NCBI GenBank assembly: GCA_036336835.1
Contig: JAYZFK010000033.1
Span: forward strand, 1 to 24,988
Origin: Myxococcota bacterium
GTDB taxonomy: Bacteria; Myxococcota_A; UBA9160; UBA4427
Direction of reading: 5' to 3'
Length of the DNA: 24,988 nucleotides
Position 1 is the first letter of the stretch. Every line of letters starts with the position of its first letter. The position numbers and the translations under genes were made by a program. Below the pieces are notes generated by a model that was given only the letters and a program-made list of their open reading frames with translations, had not been told where the DNA came from and did no database searches. Of this stretch, positions 15,740 to 24,988 are shown piece after piece.

Positions 15740-17146
15740 CTAGACAGCGCCCGGCTGGCTCGAGTCCCGCGGCGAAGAATCGATCCCGAGCTTGTCGAGC
15801 CGATAGCGCAGCGAGCGAAACGACAACCCGAGCAACCTCGCCGCGCGCTTCTTGACGCCGTCGCACATCCGCAGCGCCTCGGTGATCATGCTCCGTTCGT
15901 AGTCGGCGAGCAGCAGACCGAGATCGATGCCGTCGGCTGGGATCGACGCCTCTTCCGCGGCCTTGGGCGGCCGCAACAACGTCGGCGGCATCGCGTCGAT
16001 ACCGATCGAGCTTCCCCGCGACAGCGCGACCGCGCGCTCGATCACGTTCTCGAGCTCGCGCACGTTGCCGGGATAGGCGTAGCGGATGAGCACCTCCATC
16101 GCCTCGGGATCGACTGGCATCGGCTCCTTGCCGAGCTCTCTCGAATAACGCTCGACGAATCGAAGGACCAGCAGCGGGATATCCTCGGGCCGATCGCGCA
16201 ACAGAGGAAGCTCGATCTGAATGACGTTCAGCCGGTAGTACAGATCCTCGCGAAAACGGCCGGCAGCGACCTCGTCCTCGAGGCGACGGTTGGTTGCAGA
16301 GATGATGCGAAGGTCGATGCGGCGGTCACTGGTCCCACCGACCCGTCGAATGATCTTGTCCTGGATCGCGCCAAGCAGCTTGACCTGCAGCGCCTGCGGC
16401 AGTTCACCGACCTCGTCGAGAAAGAGCGTCCCCCGCTCCGCCGTCTCGAACAACCCCTCCTTGTTGCTGACCGCACCCGTGAACGAGCCTCTCATATGGC
16501 CGAACAGCTCGCTCTCGAGCAGGTTGTCCGGAATCGCGCCACAGTTCACCGCCACGAACGGTGCCCGCGACCGATCGCTCTGCTCGTGGATCATGCGTGC
16601 GACCAGCTCCTTACCAGTTCCGCTCTCACCGCTCACGAGAACATTGCTCTTGGTGTCGGCGACTCGTGCAACCAGCTCGAACACGCGCTGCATCACCGCG
16701 CTGCTGCCGACCATCGATCGGTGCTTTGCTTGCGTCCGCAGCTCGGTGCGAAGCCGGCGGTTCTCCCTGGTCAGCCGGTTCTTTTCGAGGGCATTGGCGA
16801 CGACTACACCGAACTCGTCGACATTGAAGGGCTTGGTTACGTAGTCGTATGCGCCTTCCTTCATGGCAGCAATCGCGGAGTCCGTCGTTGCGAATGCCGT
16901 GATCATGATGACTGGGACTTCGGAGCAGTGTTCCTGGACCGCGCGAAGGACTTCGAGCCCCGAGCCGTCGGGCATCTGCATGTCGGTCACGACGAGATCG
17001 AACTCATCGGCTGCAAGCCGCTCACGCGCCTCCGCCGCCCCCGATACCGCCGTCACGAGATGACCCTCGCGGCGAAGAAAAATCTCGAGGAACTCCTGCA
17101 TGCTCCGCTCATCATCGACGATCAGAATGTGCGCGCTCTCGCTCAT
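15740..17146 (-). CDS. pilR: Sigma54-dependent response regulator PilR
   Basis: Receiver IVDDE/VVTDMQMP/TKPF, GESGTGKE, ESELFGH-GSFTGA, FREDLYYRLNV, GVKKRAARLLGLSFRSLRYRL; coupled to pilS. Confidence 0.92.
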   Translation of the reverse strand: MSESAHILIVDDERSMQEFLEIFLRREGHLVTAVSGAAEARERLAADEFDLVVTDMQMPDGSGLEVLRAVQEHCSEVPVIMITAFATTDSAIAAMKEGAYDYVTKPFNVDEFGVVVANALEKNRLTRENRRLRTELRTQAKHRSMVGSSAVMQRVFELVARVADTKSNVLVSGESGTGKELVARMIHEQSDRSRAPFVAVNCGAIPDNLLESELFGHMRGSFTGAVSNKEGLFETAERGTLFLDEVGELPQALQVKLLGAIQDKIIRRVGGTSDRRIDLRIISATNRRLEDEVAAGRFREDLYYRLNVIQIELPLLRDRPEDIPLLVLRFVERYSRELGKEPMPVDPEAMEVLIRYAYPGNVRELENVIERAVALSRGSSIGIDAMPPTLLRPPKAAEEASIPADGIDLGLLLADYERSMITEALRMCDGVKKRAARLLGLSFRSLRYRLDKLGIDSSPRDSSQPGAV

Positions 17147-18978
17147 GCCCCGCCTTTACTCCCGGTAAATCGCAATTGGAAGCGCGCACCCTTGTCGCGC
17201 TCGGATTCGACCAAAATCTCTCCACCGTGCGCCTCCACGATCCTGTGGACCGTGGCGAGACCGAGTCCCGTGCCCTGAGGCTTGGTCGTGAAGAAGGGCT
17301 CGAACAGCCGATCGAGCTGCTCCGGATCGATCCCCTCGCCCTCGTCCTCGACCCAGATCTCCGCGCACCTGAGAGCGTAAGCCTCCTCGCTCTCGGAGTT
17401 TTCCTCTCCTGCTCTTCGGCGCCGGGCCGCGAGCTCTTGAGCGGAGGCCTCGCCGCCGCGGACGGACACGCACAGCCGCCCTCCCTTCGGCATCGCCTCG
17501 ATTCCGTTGAGGCACAGATTCCACAGCACCTGGCGCAGCTGGGCCGGATCTCCCTGGATGATCGGATCGCTATTGCCGACGAGTTCGAGCGTGACCCCGG
17601 GCGGCGCGGACGCTCGGAGCATTTCCATCACCTCCACAGCGAGCACTCGGAGCGATACCCGCTCGCGCGAGGGCGGGTGTGGCCGCGCGTACCCCAGGAA
17701 GTCGGTGATCAGTCCGTTCAGTCGTTCGGCCTCACGAACCACGATGTCCATCAGACGCCGCGGGTCGTCCCCGCGCGGGGCCTCCCCGCTCGCGCGCAGA
17801 AGCTGCACCGAGCCCGATATGGCCGCGAGGGGATTGCGAATCTCATGCGCGATCTTGGCGGCCATCTCGCCCACCGCGGCGAGCCGCTCGCGTTGCGTCA
17901 GCGCGTTCTCCATCTCGACGACGGGACTCACGTCCTGGAAGATCACCACGTGACCGACCGGCCGACCCCTTGCGTCGCGAAGATCACCGCCAGCGAGCCC
18001 GAGGAACATCGATGCGCTCGTCTTGGATTGGTAGGCGAGCCGCCTTCGCCGCACGGGCTCGAGGCCCTCGACCGCCGGCGCGGTCAGCAGCTCCCAGGCT
18101 CCGGGCATCACCTCGTCGACCTTCCGGCCGATCACCTCGACGGCGTTCCAGCCCGTGATGCGCTCGGCCTCCGGATTGAACGAGCCCACCCGCCCTTCCC
18201 CGTCCGTCGTGAGCAACCCCCTCTTGAGGCTGCGGACGATCTGGGCGTTCAGATCACGAAGGCGCCGATTCACATCGCTGCTGCGGTCGAGGGCAGCCCC
18301 CGTCCTGCGGAGCTCGCTGGTCACCACACTGCCCAGGCCCCCCACCAGGAACAGCGCGCCAACGTGCGCGCCCCAGTGGGCGGCGGCAACTGCGGAGTGG
18401 ACCGAGTCGCGATCGCCCCCGAACGTCACTCCGAAGCCGAGTTGCTCGATGAGCAGCACCGCCCCGTAGGCCACGGCACTGGCGGTCGCGGCCGCCAGCG
18501 CGTTGCGCGGTTCGAACAACATCGCCCCATAGGCCGTTACCGCGACGTAGAGGAAGCTGAACACCGACTCGTGGCCGCCGGAGAAGTGCACCAACAAGCT
18601 GACCATGCACAGATCCACACCGAGCTGAGCCGCGGCGAAGCCCATGGGATTGCGCACACGACCGAGGGACAGGCCAGAGACGGCCGTCGCGAGGAAGCCA
18701 AAGGCGAGCGTCCAGTAGAGCCCCCGCCAGGCGCCCTCACTCAACGGCGCCGTCAGACCGGCCCAATCGAGCGCGAGCACGATGCCGAATCCAACGAGCG
18801 TGAGCCCGAGGCGCGCGCTGATCAAGGCAACCAGGCGGCGCTCGGCGTGACCGCGAAAGGGTCGGTCGCTTTGCGCAGCCGGACCAGCCGGCGAGTCGAG
18901 CTCGATGCCGGCCTCACCCGGCGGGACGCCCGCCGAGGAATGTCTGGATTTCTCGTTGCCGCGCATCCGAGCCCGCAC
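17143..18978 (-). CDS. pilS: Membrane sensor histidine kinase PilS (TM helices, PAS, HisKA, HATPase)
   Basis: Multiple TM segments, FNPEAERITG PAS, AHEIRNPL H-box, FEPFFTTK, GTGLGL; start may be ATG 18966. Confidence 0.92.
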   Translation of the reverse strand: MRARMRGNEKSRHSSAGVPPGEAGIELDSPAGPAAQSDRPFRGHAERRLVALISARLGLTLVGFGIVLALDWAGLTAPLSEGAWRGLYWTLAFGFLATAVSGLSLGRVRNPMGFAAAQLGVDLCMVSLLVHFSGGHESVFSFLYVAVTAYGAMLFEPRNALAAATASAVAYGAVLLIEQLGFGVTFGGDRDSVHSAVAAAHWGAHVGALFLVGGLGSVVTSELRRTGAALDRSSDVNRRLRDLNAQIVRSLKRGLLTTDGEGRVGSFNPEAERITGWNAVEVIGRKVDEVMPGAWELLTAPAVEGLEPVRRRRLAYQSKTSASMFLGLAGGDLRDARGRPVGHVVIFQDVSPVVEMENALTQRERLAAVGEMAAKIAHEIRNPLAAISGSVQLLRASGEAPRGDDPRRLMDIVVREAERLNGLITDFLGYARPHPPSRERVSLRVLAVEVMEMLRASAPPGVTLELVGNSDPIIQGDPAQLRQVLWNLCLNGIEAMPKGGRLCVSVRGGEASAQELAARRRRAGEENSESEEAYALRCAEIWVEDEGEGIDPEQLDRLFEPFFTTKPQGTGLGLATVHRIVEAHGGEILVESERDKGARFQLRFTGSKGGA

Positions 18979-18981
18979 GTC

Positions 18982-20193
18982 CTACATGATGTTCTCGGCG
19001 ATCTTGAAGATCGGCAGATACATCGCAATCAGGATGCCGCCGATCGCCCCGCCGAGGAAAACGATCATTAGAGGTTCCAGCAGGGACGTCAGTGCCACGA
19101 CCGCCGCATCGACTTCGTCGTCGTAGAAGTCGGCGATCTTGGACAGCATCGTCTCCATCGAGCCAGTCTCCTCCCCGACCGCGATCATTTGCACGACCAT
19201 GCCGGGGAACACCTTGGATTCTTGCAACGGCTCGGCAATCGTCTTGCCCTCGGAGATCGACGCACGGGTGTACTGGATCTCCTCTTCGATCACCATATTG
19301 CCGGCAGTCCGGCCCACGATGTCCAGCGCTTCCAGGATCGGCACGCCACTCGCGATCATGGTCCCGAGGGTCCGAGTGAAGCGTGCAACCGCAACCTTCT
19401 TGAGCAGCGGGCCGAAGACCGGGGCCGCCAGGAACATCCGATCGGTCTGGTAGCGAAACCGATCGCTGCGCTTTCTGGCCTGGAAGAAGCAGAACAGGAA
19501 GAGTGCGCCACCGCCCACGCAATGCCCGAGGTAGGCCTGCAGCCACTCGCTCAGGGTGATCACGATCTGGGTCGGCGTCGGCAATACCCCCCCGAAGTCG
19601 AGGAACATCTGCTCGAAGACCGGGATCACCTTGACGAGCAGCAGCGAAATCACTCCGACCGCGATACACAGCACGGTGACCGGGTAGACCATCGCGCCCC
19701 GAACCTGGCGCGCCAGCTTGTCGGCCTTCTCGAGGTAGGCGGCGAGCCGGTTCAGGATCGTGTCGAGGATGCCGCCGACTTCCCCTGCCGCGACCAGGTT
19801 CACGAACAGCGGCGAAAAGACCTTGGGGTGCTTGGCGAGCGCCTCGGCAAAGGTCGATCCCTGCTCGACATTCGCGCGGACATCGCGGCAGACCTTCTTG
19901 AAGGTCGCGTTTTCCATCTGTTCGCCGAGGATCTGGAGACACTGGACGAGGGGAAGTCCGGCGTCGATCATGACCGCGAACTGCCGCGTGAAGACAACCA
20001 GATCCTTCGTCGTGATGCGCGGTTGCAGGAACGGGAAGATGTCCTCGAGGTCCTTCGGCTTCGCCTTGACCTTGCCGGGGACGATTCCCTGCGAGCGTAG
20101 CTGCGCCATCACCGCCGCTTCGTTGAGCGCTTCGAGTACGCCCTTCTTGGCGGCACCTTGTCGCGTTCGACCTGCCCAGGCATAGACCGGCAC
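18982..20193 (-). CDS. pilC: Type IV pilus inner-membrane platform protein PilC
   Basis: FTRQFAVMIDAGLPL, AGEVGGILD, GAMVYP, VGEETGSME, AMYLPIF; GGAGG RBS with GTG. Confidence 0.97.
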   Translation of the reverse strand: MPVYAWAGRTRQGAAKKGVLEALNEAAVMAQLRSQGIVPGKVKAKPKDLEDIFPFLQPRITTKDLVVFTRQFAVMIDAGLPLVQCLQILGEQMENATFKKVCRDVRANVEQGSTFAEALAKHPKVFSPLFVNLVAAGEVGGILDTILNRLAAYLEKADKLARQVRGAMVYPVTVLCIAVGVISLLLVKVIPVFEQMFLDFGGVLPTPTQIVITLSEWLQAYLGHCVGGGALFLFCFFQARKRSDRFRYQTDRMFLAAPVFGPLLKKVAVARFTRTLGTMIASGVPILEALDIVGRTAGNMVIEEEIQYTRASISEGKTIAEPLQESKVFPGMVVQMIAVGEETGSMETMLSKIADFYDDEVDAAVVALTSLLEPLMIVFLGGAIGGILIAMYLPIFKIAENIM

Positions 20194-20202
20194 GTCTTCC
20201 TC

Positions 20203-21303
20203 CTAGCTGGCCCGGCGGCCGGCGTTCACACCGCCGTCCGAGCCTTGTCCAATGAGGTTCCGGAGTTCGTCGATATCGGCACTTCGGCCGAGCGCGTCGT
20301 CGAGAGTGATCAAACGCCGCTTGTACAGCGCGGCCAGCGACTGATTCATCGTCTGCATGCCGAACTTGTCCTGGCCAACCTGCATCGCCGAGTAGAGCTG
20401 GTGGATCTTGTCGTCGCGGATCAGCGCCCGAATCGCCGAGTTGGGCACCATCACTTCGAGGGCGAGCACCCGGCCGGGCCCGTTGGCTCGGGGCATCAAG
20501 CTCTGGCACATCACGCCCTCGAGCACGAAGGACAGCTGCTGACGAATCTGCGCCTGCTGGAATGGCGGGAACATGTCGACGACGCGGTTGATCGTCTGCA
20601 CCGCCGAGTTGGTGTGGAGTGTCGCCAGGCAATAGTGGCCCGTCTCGGCGATCGAGAGCGCGGCCTCCATCGTTTCGATATCGCGGAGCTCGCCAACGAG
20701 GACGACGTCCGGGTCCTGGCGCAGGATGTACTTGAGCGCCTCTTTGAAGCCGGTCGTGTCGGCGCCAACCTCGCGCTGGTTCACCAGGCAGCCCTTGTGG
20801 GGATGCAGGTATTCGATCGGATCCTCGATCGTGACGATGTGCTCGCTGCGCTCGCTATTGATCCGATCGATGATCGAGGCCAGGGTGGTCGACTTGCCCG
20901 AGCCCGTGGGGCCGGTGACCAGCAGCAGGCCGCGCGGCTTCCGCGTCAGCTCGGCCACCACCGGGGGCAGGTTGAGATCCTCGAACGTCTTGATCTTGAA
21001 CGGGATCGCGCGGAAGGCGCCGGCGATATTGCCGCGCTGCACGAAGATGTTGCCGCGAAATCGCGAGAGCTTCTGGACGCTGAACGAGAGATCGAGCTCG
21101 TTGGTCTCCTCGAAGCGGTGCTTCTGAGCGTCCGTCAGTACGGAATAGGTGAGCTGCTTCGTCTCCTGCGGGGACAGCGGTGGCATCTTGAGCGGGTGGA
21201 GCTTTCCATCGATTCGCAACTGCGGGGGCGAGCCGGTCGTGATGTGCAGATCACTCGCGCCCTTCTCGATCATCGCCTTGAGTAGCTGGTGCATGTTGGC
21301 CAT
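20203..21303 (-). CDS. pilT: Type IV pilus retraction ATPase PilT
   Basis: ASDLHIT, GPTGSGKSTT, TIEDPIE, LRQDPDVVLVGE, AETGH-TLHT, AIRALIRD, GMQTMNQ. Confidence 0.97.
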   Translation of the reverse strand: MANMHQLLKAMIEKGASDLHITTGSPPQLRIDGKLHPLKMPPLSPQETKQLTYSVLTDAQKHRFEETNELDLSFSVQKLSRFRGNIFVQRGNIAGAFRAIPFKIKTFEDLNLPPVVAELTRKPRGLLLVTGPTGSGKSTTLASIIDRINSERSEHIVTIEDPIEYLHPHKGCLVNQREVGADTTGFKEALKYILRQDPDVVLVGELRDIETMEAALSIAETGHYCLATLHTNSAVQTINRVVDMFPPFQQAQIRQQLSFVLEGVMCQSLMPRANGPGRVLALEVMVPNSAIRALIRDDKIHQLYSAMQVGQDKFGMQTMNQSLAALYKRRLITLDDALGRSADIDELRNLIGQGSDGGVNAGRRAS

Positions 21304-21345
21304 GCGTCCGTTTCCTTTCTCACTGGACTCGTGCGGTCCGAGCCC

Positions 21346-23046
<1,701 letters not shown>

Positions 23047-23126
23047 CGACGTCTCCCCACCCGATCCATGGAAGGCATGGTCGAAGCGCACCGCTCCACG
23101 CGCGAAAGCAGCGCTATCTCGGCGGT

Positions 23127-23154
23127 TTATCGGCGGTCGGTCGTGGGATCTTTA
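23127..23154 (-). promoter_or_regulatory. Sigma28/FliA-like promoter of pilBTCSR, embedded in the last codons of the upstream gene
   Basis: Minus strand TAAAG-N15-GCCGATAA; the final TAA is the upstream gene's stop codon. Confidence 0.7.
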
Positions 23155-24200
23155 CTAGACACAGCGGTCAATTCCGCGAGCGAGGTGCCCCCGAGTCGCA
23201 TGACGATGAGGCCCTGGAAGGTGAAGCTGCACCAGAAGACGAACCACACCAGAAGTCCCAGCGCTAGACAGGTCGCTCGGTTGACGCCGAGCGGCTCCAG
23301 AACCGCAACGAACGCGAGCTGATAGGTGCCAAAGAAGCCGGGAGCGGAGGGGATGGCCACGGCGACGCCCACGGCCGCCAACAGCAACCAGGACGTCATC
23401 AGCAGGCGTCCGGGGCCCCCGAGGTCGATCCCGAAGGCCACGATCCCGCTGATCATCGGCAGCACCCCGAGGATCAGCCAGATCACCACGGAGTGCATGG
23501 CGATCCAGAACAAGTGAGCGCCGCCCGAGATCGCACCGAGCCCCTGCGTGAAACGCTCCAGGTTGCCCCCCACCAACTCCACGATCCGATCCGGCAGGGG
23601 CCGGGTCACCCAGCCGACGACTCGCAGCACGCTCGCCGGTGCGAAGCGGAGCGCCGCAATGCCGGCTACCGGAACCAGGGCGCCGAGCAGCATCAGTTGG
23701 GCACCTCGCACCAGCTGTCCGTCCCCCGCCGTAGCCCCGAGCACCGCCACCGAGACCCCCGCCATCAAGAGCACGCTCACGATGTCCAGAGTGCGCTCGA
23801 GAACGATGGTGCCCAGTACGGCCGCGCCCCGCGTCTGGCTCTCGCGCGCCAGAAACCAGGCCCGGACGAACTCTCCCATGCGCAGGGGGACGAGATTGTT
23901 GACGAGGAAGCCGATCGATTGAGCGCGGTAGAGCAACCCGCGGGTCATCGGGGCAATCGGGTTGGTCAGATGGCGCCAGCGCAGCGCCCGGACGTAGATC
24001 CCGAGCACGTGCGCCGGGACCGAGACCCCGACCAACAGCCAGATGTCGGCCCGGGCGAACGCAGCGGCAACTTCTGCGAGCGGGACCCCCTCGGCGACGT
24101 ACCACAGGCAGGCCACGGTGATCGCGACACCGAGCCAGACGCGCCAATCGGCGGCCCAGCGGCGTCGCTGCTGAGTCGGGGTCGCATCGATCTCCGTCAC
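23127..24200 (-). CDS. UPF0104 / lysylphosphatidylglycerol-synthase TM-domain (flippase-like) membrane protein
   Basis: RALRWRHL, IGFLVNNLVPLRMGEFVRA, GTIVLERTLD, AIPSAPGFFGTYQ motifs; many TM helices; probable GTG at 24200 overlapping the ribF stop. Confidence 0.88.
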   Translation of the reverse strand: MTEIDATPTQQRRRWAADWRVWLGVAITVACLWYVAEGVPLAEVAAAFARADIWLLVGVSVPAHVLGIYVRALRWRHLTNPIAPMTRGLLYRAQSIGFLVNNLVPLRMGEFVRAWFLARESQTRGAAVLGTIVLERTLDIVSVLLMAGVSVAVLGATAGDGQLVRGAQLMLLGALVPVAGIAALRFAPASVLRVVGWVTRPLPDRIVELVGGNLERFTQGLGAISGGAHLFWIAMHSVVIWLILGVLPMISGIVAFGIDLGGPGRLLMTSWLLLAAVGVAVAIPSAPGFFGTYQLAFVAVLEPLGVNRATCLALGLLVWFVFWCSFTFQGLIVMRLGGTSLAELTAVSSKDPTTDRR

Positions 24201-24988
24201 GACGATCCCAGACGCTCCCGGCACGCCTCGACATCGCGCGCAATCTGGGCCCGCAACGCATCGGGGCCGTCGAACTTCTGCTCGCCGCGCAGGTGATGGG
24301 CAAACGAGAGCTCGATGCGTCGTCCGTACAGGTCGCCGTCGAAGTCGATCAGGTGGGCCTCGGCAATCACTCTCTGCCCGTCGCCAAAGGTGGGCCGACG
24401 GCCGACGTTCGAGACCGCCGGCAGACGGGTGCCGCGTGCCGGGTCGCCTTCGTCGAGGAACAACGCCTCCCCCGCGTAGACCCCATCGGCGGGCAAGACC
24501 TCGTTCTCGGCCTGCAGGTTCGCGGTCGGAAAGCCGAGCTGTCTCCCTCGGTGATCGCCCTCGCCGATGCTACCGCGCGCGCTGAACGGTCGGCCGAGCA
24601 ACTCTGCCACTTCCTCGACCTCACCTCGTCCGAGCAACTCGCGCACGCGCGTGGAGTTCACGTCGCGGCCGCCGATCGTGATCTCGCCGATGATCGTCAC
24701 GGAGAAGCCGAGCCGCGGCCCGGTCTCGGTAAGCAGCCTCATCGATCCCGCGCGGTCGCGACCATAGTGGAAGTCGTAGCCGACGTAGACCTCGACTGGC
24801 CGGATGCGCTGGTGGATGTACTCGCGCACGAACCGATCCGGTGGTACCTGCGCGAATTCCGGACCGAACGCTTCGAGGATCACACAGCCGATGCCGTAGC
24901 TCTCGAGAAGCTCGAGCTTCTGCTCGAGCGTGGTCAGCAGCGGTGGCGCTTCGTTCGGGGTCAACACCTTGCGCGGATGCGGCTCGAA
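24197..24988 (-). CDS. ribF: Bifunctional riboflavin kinase/FAD synthetase (5' end outside window)
   Basis: Frame open to the edge: FEPHPRKVL, VGYDFHYG, NSTRVR, GRQLGFPTAN, NVGRRPTF, EAHLIDF-DLYG, LRGEQKF. Confidence 0.96.
   Translation of the reverse strand, partial: FEPHPRKVLTPNEAPPLLTTLEQKLELLESYGIGCVILEAFGPEFAQVPPDRFVREYIHQRIRPVEVYVGYDFHYGRDRAGSMRLLTETGPRLGFSVTIIGEITIGGRDVNSTRVRELLGRGEVEEVAELLGRPFSARGSIGEGDHRGRQLGFPTANLQAENEVLPADGVYAGEALFLDEGDPARGTRLPAVSNVGRRPTFGDGQRVIAEAHLIDFDGDLYGRRIELSFAHHLRGEQKFDGPDALRAQIARDVEACRERLGSS

Overview
High-GC window, probably from a Myxococcota or related deltaproteobacterial genome, carrying a type IVa pilus/motility locus almost entirely on the minus strand. 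In transcription order: ribF (partial), UPF0104 flippase-like gene, pilB-pilT-pilC-pilS-pilR, a convergent plus-strand degenerate sigma54-activator paralog, small XRE-HTH gene, pilMNOPQ, aroK-aroB, TPR gene, mglC, aroQ, sgmX-like TPR gene, ExeA-like ATPase, tRNA-Gly(CCC). At the left edge the 3' end of a tyrosine integrase reads into the tRNA antisense strand and stops inside it, marking an integrated-element junction. Most notable: (1) a repeated sigma28/FliA-like promoter motif (TMAAG-N15/16-GCCGATA) precedes three pilus transcription units, with a weaker fourth copy before the activator paralog; (2) that paralog has lost GAFTGA, the arginine-finger region and the phosphoacceptor Asp, and sits where pilA-pilGHID normally lie; (3) the integrase appears to contain its own att site. 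Gene identities come from motif recognition and remembered synteny, not database searches.
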